IMG/VR virus record: IMGVR_UViG_3300031576_000001 | Span: 124,001 to 188,000 of that record | DNA length: 64,000 nucleotides | Strand: one strand, 5' to 3' | Shown here: positions 21,496-32,484 of the stretch, in pieces | How positions within the stretch are numbered: the first letter of the stretch is position 1 | How the letters are laid out: every line of letters begins with the position of its first letter | Position numbers and translations under genes: made by a program | The notes under the pieces: model-generated | Told to the model about the DNA's origin: nothing | Seen by the model: only the letters and a program-made list of their open reading frames with translations | Database searches by the model: none

Positions 21496-21852
21496 ATGAG
21501 AAACCACATCCTCGCCCGAATCCCCACCGCCACCCTGGTCCGTGGCCCCGTTTGCAGCACGTTGACCCCCGAGCAGATCGAGCGCGCCAAGCGCTTCATC
21601 GGGGTCTTTGCCGAAGTCTCCTCGATGAGCCTGGAGAGCTTGACCCACGACGAAAACCCCGAGCGGGAGATCCGCATCTGGGAGGACATGGCGGTCGCCT
21701 ACACCAAGAGCGTCGGTAGCTGCAAGACCGCCGCAGACCGCAAGAAGCTCTACCTCAACATCCTTCAGAAGACCCTGGACGCCCCGGAAACGGCGATCAT
21801 CGTCAAGCCCGTAGGGCTGCGCCCGTGGCGGTCCCCCTTCAAGGGTGCTTAG
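21496..21852 (+). CDS. hypothetical protein
   Basis: Strong GC3 coding pattern; 'DENPEREIRIWE' motif. Confidence 0.7.
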   Translation: MRNHILARIPTATLVRGPVCSTLTPEQIERAKRFIGVFAEVSSMSLESLTHDENPEREIRIWEDMAVAYTKSVGSCKTAADRKKLYLNILQKTLDAPETAIIVKPVGLRPWRSPFKGA

Positions 21853-21866
21853 TAAGCCTACCTAAA

Positions 21867-21998
21867 CTATACAGTGTTCCCATATGGGTCAAAGATGACC
21901 CTGCCACTATTTACGATGTTTTTATCACTGAGCCCCGAGGCGGGGACTCCAGTGACGATCAAGCGGAAACCGTCAAAGTGTATGGAAGCTCAGGGGGT
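21867..21998 (+). repeat. dispersed ~130-bp intergenic element, copy 2
   Basis: Near-identical to 2039-2170. Confidence 0.9.
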
Positions 21999-22022
21999 GC
22001 AAGGCGACCCCAGCAGAAAGTT

Positions 22023-22055
22023 GTGAACGGTACCCTTGGTTGAGTGTAAGAGGGG
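22023..22055 (+). promoter_or_regulatory. GTGAAY-N16-YGTAAGAGGGG promoter/RBS motif
   Basis: GTGAAC-16nt-TGTAAGAGGGG-TT-ATG(22058). Confidence 0.7.
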
Positions 22056-22057
22056 TT

Positions 22058-22246
22058 ATGGAAAACCTCTCAGCCTTCAAGGTGACCGTCAAGGTGGGTC
22101 GCCGCACCCTGAGCTTTATCCGGTTCGCTCCTAGCCTGGAGGCGGTTGTGGTGGACGCCCACAGGGTTCTGAGCCAGGACTTTGCCCGCACCCAAGCCAA
22201 GCTCCTCTCGGTCGAGCCCACCCTGGACCCCCGGGTGACCTCGTGA
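22058..22246 (+). CDS. hypothetical protein
   Basis: ATG directly after the promoter motif; GTGA-coupled to next gene. Confidence 0.65.
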   Translation: MENLSAFKVTVKVGRRTLSFIRFAPSLEAVVVDAHRVLSQDFARTQAKLLSVEPTLDPRVTS

Positions 22247-22647
22247 CCCCGGAGAGGGCGTTGGCGGGCTACCCCGTGACAAGGGCGCAAGTCCAGTGGG
22301 GGCTAAAGCTCTACCGGTACGTGGCGGGGTTGCGCTTCTTTGACTTCCCGATCCGGTCGTGGGGCGATGTTCACCCTCACTTGAGGGATTCACCCTGGTT
22401 GAGTAACCAAGGCGTAGCGCCGACGCGCGAAGAGGTCACGGGGGCGTTGCACAACCTCTTGGACCGAGCGATCACGCACAAAGGTGCCGCGCCGACTCCG
22501 AGGAAAGCTGAGTTTGACTACCAGGCTCAGCTTTACCGTGACCAGTGCCGGCTGCAAGACATCGCAAAGAGGGTCCGTGTGTACCAGTTCGAGACCCGCC
22601 AGTGTCGCGAGCGCTTTTCGCACCTCTTGTCCAGGTACGACGACTAA
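22243..22647 (+). CDS. hypothetical protein
   Basis: 134 aa, ends TAA 22645-22647. Confidence 0.65.
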   Translation: MTPERALAGYPVTRAQVQWGLKLYRYVAGLRFFDFPIRSWGDVHPHLRDSPWLSNQGVAPTREEVTGALHNLLDRAITHKGAAPTPRKAEFDYQAQLYRDQCRLQDIAKRVRVYQFETRQCRERFSHLLSRYDD

Positions 22648-23019
22648 GGGCTTCTCGGGTTCACCCTCGGTTTGCCCCTCTGGGTCTGCTTTGCCTTCGG
22701 CGCCCTTGGTTTGGGTTGGACGCAGCCATTTATCCAGGTTGTTACCCAACCCAAACGCCTGGCGTTCCTGGGGGTTGAGCTTCAGGTAGGCGGACTTCAG
22801 CAGTTCCTTCGCGCTCGGGTATGGGCTAAGGACACCCCGGATGATGAACCTCGGCGTACCGTCAGCCTCGCAGAAGGTGAGACTGTGCCTCTCGGCACAC
22901 CCCTCGTGGGTACTAACCGTGTACAGGTGCAGATTGATCAAAGGGCCCCCGTCGTCAAGCTGCGCCTTGTACCAGTCAGCAAAGGTGTCAGCCGTAGAGA
23001 CTTCGTGCAACTCTTTCAT
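22645..23019 (-). CDS. hypothetical protein
   Basis: ATGA-coupled to 23016-23204; first in-frame TTA is the reverse complement of the convergent gene's TAA (standard code gives a 258-nt antisense overlap). Confidence 0.6.
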
Positions 23020-23204
23020 GCACCTTCTGTATATTCGGTAAAGTCCCCAAGGGAGAGAGTGAGCCTGTTAGTCAGCTCCTTTTTCAGATCCTCCGTGATG
23101 TCTGGGATCGTCTCATCACGGAGGATGTCGATAAGAGTACACGCTTCTTCGAAGTCGAGCGTGAAGGTGATGGTTTGCGGCGTCACTGTTGTTGTCACGA
23201 TCAT
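23016..23204 (-). CDS. hypothetical acidic protein
   Basis: 62-aa ORF coupled to downstream gene. Confidence 0.6.
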   Translation of the reverse strand: MIVTTTVTPQTITFTLDFEEACTLIDILRDETIPDITEDLKKELTNRLTLSLGDFTEYTEGA

Positions 23205-23353
23205 GGTACGCGCTTACTACACCAAGCAAGAGCACCCTTGGCAAGAAAAGGAAAATAACGACCCGACCCGACAGGTGGTGCTCTAGTGAGGGTGGTGACT
23301 CTTCCGACTACACACACTGGCCCTGGCTTTACCCTTGTGCTACCAAAGCGGGA

Positions 23354-26300
23354 ATGACCTTCAGCCTCTCAGGTTACGTGCTCTTCTCACCTCGGGTAGG
23401 GGGTGGGAATGGTCCCTACACGTCAACCCCAGACGCCGTGGTCCTTGACCAAGCGGCTTTTGACGCGGCGTACCCCTCCGACGAGTCGGTACCCCGTTGT
23501 GACTACCTCGTCCTACCCCTTACCCAGGGTGACCTCCACCAAGCCCAGTTTGGGTGGGTACGCAATGACACCCCGTTGGAGCGCTTTGGTTACGACGGGC
23601 GAGCGGATCACTTCCGACCCCTCCAGGGTGGACCCCCCCAAGAGGTAGGTGTTACTGGACCCACCAGTAACACGGACAGGATGGCGGTGCGCCCCATCCC
23701 CCTCTTGCCATTGTCTCCCTCTCAGCCGGTCAGGGTATTCTTGTCGTCGGGCTTTGAGCTTACAGTGCAAACCAAGACCCTTGACGCTGACTTTACCGTG
23801 GGTGGTCCGCTCCCTGGGTTTGTCGAGGTCTCTCTAGAGACCGGCAGACTCAACTTTGCTACGGCGGACCTCACCTCCTTTAATAGGCAGGGGGTACGCT
23901 ACCAGGGGCAACGGTACGCGGGCGACAGTAACCACCCTCTTGGCTTTTACGGTCTGGACACGCTGTACCTCAACCCTCTCCCTGGGACGGGGCAGTACCC
24001 CCTGGTCAAGGTCGAGGAGGGCGTGTGGCTCACCCCCGTAGAGGTTCCTGATGAGGGTTCCTTTACAGTGCCCGCTGCTGGTACGTTCCAATGGGCTCGC
24101 GACACAGGCAAGGTAAACGTCCCCTCTGACGTGGACCTCCTCGGGCTGCGTGTCTTTTACGATGGTGTACTTCTCGCCGCGCCCCTCTCGGTACCCTCGG
24201 CTCCCCTGGGAATGGTTCAGGCGAGCAGACTGACCAGCGCCAACGTACCCCTCTCCTTGTTGGTTCCGGGTGCGGACCTTTGGCTACGGGTGGGCTCTAC
24301 GCAACTGGCGGCAGTCAAGCTGGTGGCAGCTTTTGATGGTACGGCGGGGCAGGCTGGCGTGGTTGAGGTAGTAACCAGCACGGGGCAAGCGAAGCTAAGC
24401 CAGGTAGACACCAATGCTCTCCTCGGTCAGCCCGCCACGGTCTACTCCGGTGACCTCCCCATTGAGCGTGGCGTTGCACTCAGGCTCTTCCGTAGCCCCG
24501 TCAACCTGACGGGGGGTACCGTCAAGGACGTAACGACGACGTACACGGCTGAAAACGCTACGCTGGCAGCGCCCCTCTTGGGTACGCCCAGCGTGAGTCT
24601 TCCGCAGGTTCCCATTGACGACCGGCTTTACGATGACCCCGCCTGGCTAAACCTACTTGCTCTCCCCCCGCTGTCAGACCCCTCTACGGGAAGATTGCGC
24701 GTAGAGGTTACCCAAGGGACCGGTAGCGTTACAGGGGTACAGAAACGACTTGACTCCCCCGTAGCCCCCCCGGACGCAAACAGCGCTGGCGTGGTGCTGG
24801 ACGGGGCTAGTTTGTCCCTGGCAGAGCGCAAACTCGACGTGTTGGTTACGCCCACCACGCGCACCGGAAGCGTCACATTGCCTGACCCCGCCTTGGTTAC
24901 CTCTTCGCTAGAGAGGGAAACCTTCGCCGGGTCAGGCACCTTTGTACCGATAACCGAAGGCGTACAGTACAGCCTGGACCCTTTTAGCGGGGTGGTGTCC
25001 CTTATCACCTACCCTGGCACGCCCCTCGTTACGGACAAGGCGAGCGCCTCAGTCTCGGGCTTCGTCCTCACGGACACTTCCGGTGTCAACTTCCTAACAG
25101 AGGGGGTATCTTCCGACTCCCTGGTTATCGTCCGTAGCCCGCCCGTCGTCGAGGGTGTCTATGCCGTCATCGCCGTAGGCGCTACCACGCTTACCCTTGA
25201 CGTGTCGCTGCCTCCTACCGCCCCTGTAACTTACGAGGTCCGAAGCGAGCCCGAGATCCTGAGAGATCGGGTGTGGCGCCCATTTGCCCCCCTCGACCCG
25301 TCTTTCCAGCTAGAGCGGTACACCCCTCTAGGTACGGTGCAGAACGCGCCTCCGCTAACCACGGACACAGGGAATGCTCCAAGGTTGCGGTTCAAGATTG
25401 GCAACGCGCTAACGCCCCTTGTCACGGTCAAGCCGGATGACGCCAGCCTCACGCTAGCCGGCGCACTACCCTCCCTCTCCGTGGAGATTAGCCAAGAGAC
25501 AGGGCACCTTCGGTTCAGTGCGCTCGACCTGGGTTTCCCTCTAGCGCAAGCCGTAACCTTGAGAGACGGTGCAGATTACAAAGTCTCACCGGACCTTGGG
25601 TTTGTCTCCCTCGCCCGACCCTTTCTCTCCGGGGAGTCGGCGCTGGTGACGTACCGTCCCACGCTGGACGCTCCGACCGTGACGGAGCCGGTAGGCTTTC
25701 AGATCAGCCGAGAGGCGTTTACGGCGGTAGCCCCGACGACCACGGTACTTTTCAACCAAGCTGGGCTACCGGTAGCCCCTGCTCCGCCCCCTCTCACCCT
25801 AAGAGGGTCACGACCCCAGGTTGAAGGGGTTACGGTGGTAACGAACCTCGCCAATGGGACCGTGACCTTCTTGCCGTCCGCTCAGGTGACCAAGCACTTC
25901 CCCGCTGGTCCCTTGGAAATAGGGGAGACTGTCTACATAACGTATTTTGTGACGGTGGCGGCGGGGGGCGAAACCTCGTTTACCGTGTTGCAAGGCACCA
26001 TTGCTACCCAGCCGGTCACCCTCTCTCAGGGGGACGTGACCATCACCTTCCCGGGTGACGTGACGCTCACGCTGGCACCCTCCGTGGCTTTGCGAGTCAG
26101 TGTCTCTGACGTGTACCTCGTCCAAAGCTCGGCTTACAACGGCAGCGTGACAACGGCGACCCTGAGTACGCCTCTTCGGCAAAGCGTTACCGCCCCTCCC
26201 CTTGAGGTCACCTCCGGCCCCCTCTCCTCGTACTTCCTCCCTGACCTTGGCTTTTACGAGGCTTTGCCCAGGGGAGCCAAAGAGGCTCGGCTTGTCGGAG

Positions 26301-29146
26301 ACAGGGTAAAAAGCTACCCCCAAGGCACCCTTGTCCTTTGGGATGGTGAGCCGTACCACGTAGAGGGGGTCAAGCGAGACGGGGGGGTGACGGTGCTCTC
26401 CCTTGGCGCGGCAACCGACCGGGAGTACGCCGGGGTTTCACTGGCGCGCTCTATCCGACCCGTGCTCCCCGGGGGTGCTGCTGTCAGTACCCAGACGCCC
26501 CTCCTTGACGGTGTGGACCTCCTCTACCGCAAGGTGCCAGGTCAGGTAGGCTCCTTGCTAGAGGGGGTTACCGTGACAACCTCGGGTCAAGTGACGGGGC
26601 TACCCCCTCTGGGTGACAGCGAAGAGCAAGGGGTGGCTTACCGTGGGTACGGCAGCCTAGAGGCCGGGCAGAGTCTACGGGCGAGCTACACCGTTAAGAG
26701 GGTGCCTACGGCGAGCAATGGGTACGCCGGGCAAGTCTTGGTCGCCACGTACACCACATGGTCCCCCGATAGCTTTTACTTCCGAGTTGAGAAGCTGTCC
26801 GATGTGCGCGCAGAGGCAGCCCGGCGCCAGCAAGCCGAGGTTTCAGCGAGTCTACCCTCCTCGGGTCCAAGGCTGAGTAATGACCCTGGGTTGACACTAG
26901 CCGACAGGGGGCGAGCCTCGGTCTTCTACGAAGAGAGCGTGTACCGCAACGATGACGTGGCTTTCCGCTCCTTCCTGCTCTTTACCAATGACCTCGTTAC
27001 CCTCTTGGAGAACGCCAGGCTGGATGCTGTAGGGGTCAACGTGGGGGGGCGTGACGGTCAGCTACGGTTCAACGGCTCGCTAACGAACCCAGCGGTCGTG
27101 ACGGTCAGCGTAGCCCTCAATCAGATTGACGACCTGTACCAAGTAAGCCCTGGACCCTACGTGGTGACAGGTCCACCCTTTGTTGTTACGCCGCAGTACA
27201 CCTATGCCCCCGCGTGGACGCCTGCCCCGCAAAGCCGGTTCTTCAAAGCCAAGAGGCGTCCCTTTGGAGTAGCCTCTGTGGCTGCACTACCCGCGCAGGG
27301 TGACGTGGTTCTTGACCTGGGGGTCCGTAACTTGACCCAAGTGTCTTACGTGAGGGACCGGCAACCCTGGGCGCTTGTCACAGCGCCCGCAGCTTCGGGT
27401 GCCTTTACCGTGTCCGTGGATGACGCTGACGGCGACGCCTACCTCGTCCGCCCCAACTTCGGGGTGGGTAATCAAGTAGACCTCCTACGCCCCGATGGGT
27501 CCGTGGTTGGAGGTAGCCCTTACGAGATAGCCTCCCTCACGCCAACCTCCCTCACGTTCACGGTGGCTCTGACAGACAACGTACCCAGGGGGGCAACGGC
27601 GGTACGCTCTTTGGACGACCTGGCGTACTATCAAGTCGGAAAAGACCTTGGGCTAGACGCAACGGGTGGGCTTCTCACTTACATTGTGCCCTTTCCTCCG
27701 CTGGACGGTTCGGTCCCGCTTGTGCCGGCGGCGCTAGAGGTACTCCCCCCCAACCCGGGGCAGCCTCTTAGCACAGAGGTTTTCCTGTCCCCCGCAGCCA
27801 CCACGCCAGACCGCCCCCCGGTGCTGGACGGTCTAGACCTGGACGACGACGGCGAGGTTAGTTTTCCCTTGCAAAGCCCCACGGACGTTTGCGAGCAAAA
27901 CAGCTTGGGGGTGGGCAGGTTGCCTGACGTGTTTGCTCGGTATGCTGCCCTTGTGAGCGTGACGACACCCACGGAGACCTTCACGGCGAATTTGACGGCG
28001 CTCAACGTGATTACCCGGACAAGCGGGAACTTCGGAATCCTGCCGCTACCCGGTCAACTGGTCCGAATCCTCTCCGGGGTACACGCGGGCACCGCCTTTG
28101 TGCGGGTTGCCTCTGCAACCCTAACGGCGATCACGGTGGACGTACCCTACGGCAGCCTCGACACTGGCTTTACTGCGGTTGTAGGGGTCTCTTTGTTCGC
28201 CTTGACCGGCGCAGGCACCGTCATTGCTTTTGGTCTCACGTTGGAGGATGCCGTAGCTACCTTTCAGACCAACGGGGTTCTACCTGGGTACACCGTGGTC
28301 AATACGGTTACACTGGAGAGAAGCCAGGTCACGGCTGTACCGGACGAGACGCACCTGACGCTGGCTTCCCCGTTGACGCTGGGTGCTATCAATTACAGGG
28401 TAGAGAACCCGTTGTGCTCCTTCTCTGCGCTAACCACGCAGTCTACGGCACTCGACAAGCTGAGAGAGGTTGTGGCGACCAATGACCTCCCTGCCCTCCC
28501 CAGTGAGATAAGGGCGCTAGAGAGGGCGCTGGACCTCATATTCACGGACAGGGCAGGTAACCCGGAGTCTGTCACTGTTACGTTGCCCTCCACGGTAACC
28601 GGTCCCGTCTGGTCTGGCGTGACGCCAGGCGACACCGTGTTCTTCCGAGAGGGTGCAAACAGGGGCGTCTACACGGTGGCTTCCGTGGTGGGCACGGTTA
28701 TCACGGTTTCCGGGGCTCTTTCGCTAGCGGGCTCTGACTTCGTTCGGGTGGTCCAGCTAGAGGGCGTGAGCCAAGAGGGCGTAGTTACGCTGGCTAGCCT
28801 CCTCTTTGAAGTAGACGACTACAACTCGGCATTGATCGCGCTGTTGGTCCAACTAGCGAGCTTTCCAGTGCTTTCTGCATCCTACGCCAACAGGCTGGTC
28901 AGCTCAGAGCTGACCCCTTTGCTTGCGGTTCTTGCTGTGCGTGACCCGGCAGCTTGGGAAACTAGGGTCTTTTCCTTTCTCCGTGGGGGAGAGCGTTTGT
29001 ACGACAAGAGGTTTGCGTGGATAGACGGCAGATTGAACAAGTTGACGGGGACGCTGGCTCGGATAGCGCAGGCAAGGCAACGCCGGCTACAGAACCAGGC
29101 CAGCCTGACCAACCAATTGATACGCCTCCTCAGCCTCAGTGGGTTA
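23354..29146 (+). CDS. very large beta-rich virion structural protein (baseplate/tail associated)
   Basis: ATG at 23354 after TGTGCTACC; ~1930 aa of repeated beta domains with helical C-terminus; first in-frame TTA 29144-29146 (standard end 29254). Confidence 0.7.
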
Positions 29147-29268
29147 GGCGTGACAAGCTGCCTATCCAAGAGAAGCTCTCCGACGTGCTTAGAGCCACCA
29201 TTGAGGCTACCAGACAACAAATTGCGCACGAGAAAGCCAAGCTCGCCAGGATGACAGGGAGACGCTAG
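29017..29268 (+). CDS. small coiled-coil protein, start unresolved
   Basis: 'QWVRRDKLPIQEKLSDVLRATIEATRQQIAHEKAKLARM' is helical and TAGTG-coupled to 29268; no clean start outside the upstream gene. Confidence 0.45.
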   Translation: MDRRQIEQVDGDAGSDSAGKATPATEPGQPDQPIDTPPQPQWVRRDKLPIQEKLSDVLRATIEATRQQIAHEKAKLARMTGRR

Positions 29269-31406
29269 TGGCGGATTGGAAGACCTACAAGCTAACCATA
29301 CCGGGCACGGACCTCTTCAAGAAGGTCAGGGACGCCCTAGAGGTACTTGTCGCGCTGTTGGACTTCCTCAAAGCCCTGCTCAACACGGTCAAGGTCTTCC
29401 TGGTAGACTTCGGTAACCCGCTCATCGCGCTCATTCAGGCGCTCATTCTCCTGCTGGAAGCCTTTATCAACTCACTGCGGGCCACGGGGCTATTTGGTTT
29501 GTACCATGTACCGCCCGTGACGTGGGATGACTTCCTCGACTTTTTCAACGGTACGGCGCCCTTTACGGAAGTCTTCAAAGCCAGCCTCTTTGACGGCAAG
29601 GACTACAACCGCCCTCAGCCTATAACGGGGGCTACCAAGAGCGGGTTTATCTTGCTCGTTGTGGATGCTTCCGACGTGGCTACCCTGGTCAGGCGCATAC
29701 AACAACTCCTTGCCCTCTTCGGTAAAGAGTTTGCCGCCCCAAGGCTAAGAGCCCCTCAGAACGTCAAGGTCTTTCCGCTGGACGGTGGCAAAGACCCCTT
29801 GCTGTCACTGCCCGCGGTCTTCGGGTCACCTACCAAGGCTTTGGCAGTCGAGTGGTCCAACCCTACCCAGATTCTCCCGCCGGACCCTGGCTTTGAGGGG
29901 CAGCTAACCTCTCTCCGTGATGAGTTTACCGCCCCTGGCTACCTCATCGAGCGTACCGAGGAGCCCACGGGCAAGACGGTGACCCACGGTGTCGAGCAAA
30001 CCGACCTGAGAGGCAGGGTGAGTACGGCACAGTTTGTAGTCAGGGAGGACAGCGGCAGGCTCTTCAGGGAGTACAGCGCTTACTTCGGGGTCGCTCCGGG
30101 TGACTTTACTGCGACTTTCTTGCTCGGCTCGCTGGGTACGTTCCGGTTTATCGACGACACGGTTGAGAAAGGTAAGCGGTACACTTACCGGGTGAGACCC
30201 TTCCTGGGCGAGCTAGGTCTGGACCCTGTGTTCCATGAAATGCCCTTCCCCCCTCTCCGTGAGAAGCGGTTTGGTTTGCGGCAGTTTGTTCAAGACTACC
30301 CCGGCAAGAACCTGATTCTGGGCGACCCCTCGCCCGAGGCGTCTGGCGTAGTGGCGGACCTCCCGCTTGACTTTGACGTGCTCAACTCGCTTCGCACCCT
30401 GTTCAAGACAGCGTTCTCACTGAACTTTCATTTGCCTTTGCCAGTGGGAGCGACCTTCGATAACAAGGGGTTTCCCACGGGAGTCACGAGCCCCTCTTCG
30501 GTAGGCAAGGGCTCTCTTCTGCCTCTGGCGTCCTCACTGTCCCAGCTTGTGGGTGAGCCTGTTGCGCAGGAAATCCCCCTCACGATAGACAAGACCCCGC
30601 CTGGCGCTGTGCAAAGCTACGAAGAGATAGGCAACCTGCCCCCCAGTAGAGTACCCAAGTTTCCTTGGCAAACCTTTACGGTAAGGCGTCGGGCGAACCA
30701 GCTAGCCATACAAATTGCGGGCGCCATGCTGGACAACCAAGGGACTGCCTCTCGGTACAAGGCGCTCATGACGGGCGGGCTACCCTTCGGTCAAGTGCAG
30801 TTTGGGATTCTGACGAGCGCGATTAACATAGAGGGTCTTACCACGGGGCTAGTACGAGACCCTGGCCCGGGGCTACCGGTAGAGACCCTCAACGGGGCTT
30901 ACAACCTGTACTTCATGGACCCCGTCTACCGGCTCAATGTGCTCGCCGCTGTCAAGTTTGCGTTGACGCTGGCCAGCGTGGGTACGCCGCCAAACTGGGT
31001 AAGCATCTCGGTCTTCAGGGACATTGTGCCGTGGCTGGGGGAGATATTCAACGACATACTCGCCAAGATTCAAGCCCTTGTGGACGCCTACAACGGGGCA
31101 ATCAAGGAGATCAAGGCGTACATTGACTTGATCCAGCGCAAGATTGACGCCCTGGAAAACTTCTTGAAGTTCCTTATCTCGATTCTGGACCAGATCGAGG
31201 CGTTGGAGCTTACCGTTAGCGTGCTCAACTCGGGCACGGTCAACGTGGATGCCTCCGGGTGGGCTGACATTGTGGACAGCGCCTCTACGCAACCCGCCGC
31301 CCCCTCGCGTGACCCTAACGGCTACTCAGCCGGCGTCGCGCTGGCTTACGTAGGCTCCGACGTAAAGGCTTTCGAGACCGCCCTAGAGGCTCTCTTCGGC
31401 AAGTAA
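29268..31406 (+). CDS. putative virion structural protein with N- and C-terminal amphipathic helices and an Fn3-like core
   Basis: 'FIDDTVEKGKRYTYRV' Fn3-type motif; paired helical ends. Confidence 0.65.
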   Translation: MADWKTYKLTIPGTDLFKKVRDALEVLVALLDFLKALLNTVKVFLVDFGNPLIALIQALILLLEAFINSLRATGLFGLYHVPPVTWDDFLDFFNGTAPFTEVFKASLFDGKDYNRPQPITGATKSGFILLVVDASDVATLVRRIQQLLALFGKEFAAPRLRAPQNVKVFPLDGGKDPLLSLPAVFGSPTKALAVEWSNPTQILPPDPGFEGQLTSLRDEFTAPGYLIERTEEPTGKTVTHGVEQTDLRGRVSTAQFVVREDSGRLFREYSAYFGVAPGDFTATFLLGSLGTFRFIDDTVEKGKRYTYRVRPFLGELGLDPVFHEMPFPPLREKRFGLRQFVQDYPGKNLILGDPSPEASGVVADLPLDFDVLNSLRTLFKTAFSLNFHLPLPVGATFDNKGFPTGVTSPSSVGKGSLLPLASSLSQLVGEPVAQEIPLTIDKTPPGAVQSYEEIGNLPPSRVPKFPWQTFTVRRRANQLAIQIAGAMLDNQGTASRYKALMTGGLPFGQVQFGILTSAINIEGLTTGLVRDPGPGLPVETLNGAYNLYFMDPVYRLNVLAAVKFALTLASVGTPPNWVSISVFRDIVPWLGEIFNDILAKIQALVDAYNGAIKEIKAYIDLIQRKIDALENFLKFLISILDQIEALELTVSVLNSGTVNVDASGWADIVDSASTQPAAPSRDPNGYSAGVALAYVGSDVKAFETALEALFGK

Positions 31407-31676
31407 GGGTTGTCCTAGGTTACAGGTTCCTCTTTGGTACCCTACGCGGTTTGACGTCCAGGCAACTACGCGCGTATTTGGCGTACATGGACGAGAGCCC
31501 GTCGTGCGAGAAGTCCGTGAGAACTTCTTCGCCCGCGCTGCGTTGGCTGCTGTAGAGGAGAACCGTGTGGTTAGGGGTCATGGTATCCGCTCATACGCCC
31601 GCACCTCTTGGCGATTCACGACTATTTCTTGTGCTACCCTTACCTACACGACTCCCACGGAGAGGTTACGCCTACC

Positions 31677-32432
31677 TTGCCCCACGCAGACATACATGGC
31701 ACCTACAACCGCTCACAACTCACGCGGTTCCTGACCTACGCCCGCTCACAGCTACCTTACGTAGAGGGGCGTATCCTACACCTAGAGGCTGAGGTTGAGC
31801 GTACCGGTCAGCTACTCATGGCACTTGACGCCAGCGGTAACCCTCTTGGGTACTCCTCGACCCCCCCTGGCTCGGTCGTTGACCGGCTTTTCAAGAGTTA
31901 CCTGGCGCAAGGCGGCTCCCCTCTCTTTGATTTGCAGCTACGGGCGATGTCTCAGCCCGTGTACTTGCAGAAGGGGGACGAGACGACGGCGCCTCAGCTT
32001 TTCAACAACGGAGAGGTTCTAGGCAGGGGCTACAACCTGGACGCCACGACGGGCGAGCTAATGTTTGGGGTACGGACCTGGCTAGATGACGCGCTGGGGA
32101 GCCGGCTTGGGTGGTTGGAGCGCCAGATCCGGCGCCACCAAGACTACCGTGACCAGCTTAGCGCTGAGGTTGCCCTACTCAGGCTCATCACTAGCCCGGC
32201 GGACACAGGGGGCTCCCTTGCAAACCTAGCTAACGAGCTAACTACCCTTCTCAGTGACCCCTTGTACCGCGCCGTCTATGACGACCTGGGCAAAGACCCC
32301 TTCGGTCGGCTCACCGCGGCGCCCTTTGCCGCGTATGACACCACGGGGGAGGCTGGCGAGACAAGAGCCCCCCAAGAGGAGTACGTGAAAACCAGCAAGG
32401 GTGTCGTGGTCCCTGGTCAGCGTAGCGTGTAA
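31677..32432 (+). CDS. hypothetical protein (start uncertain, 31608 or 31677)
   Basis: Helical ORF in the structural module, ends TAA. Confidence 0.6.
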   Translation: MPHADIHGTYNRSQLTRFLTYARSQLPYVEGRILHLEAEVERTGQLLMALDASGNPLGYSSTPPGSVVDRLFKSYLAQGGSPLFDLQLRAMSQPVYLQKGDETTAPQLFNNGEVLGRGYNLDATTGELMFGVRTWLDDALGSRLGWLERQIRRHQDYRDQLSAEVALLRLITSPADTGGSLANLANELTTLLSDPLYRAVYDDLGKDPFGRLTAAPFAAYDTTGEAGETRAPQEEYVKTSKGVVVPGQRSV

Positions 32433-32484
32433 TAGCGCGCCCCTTCCCTCTGAGCGTCCCCCTTATGTTGAGCCTCTAGGTAAG

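Noticed and set aside
23189-23353. 5' extensions given by the ORF track (23189, 32401, 43798, 53784, 59991)
   Set aside because: They overlap neighbours or promoter motifs and better ATGs exist downstream; the 53784 extension also contains an in-frame TTA at 53814.
31407-31600. Intergenic stretch as tRNA, ncRNA or terminator
   Set aside because: No cloverleaf, T-loop or hairpin-plus-U-tract recognised; weak similarity to 1189-1215 is too short to support.
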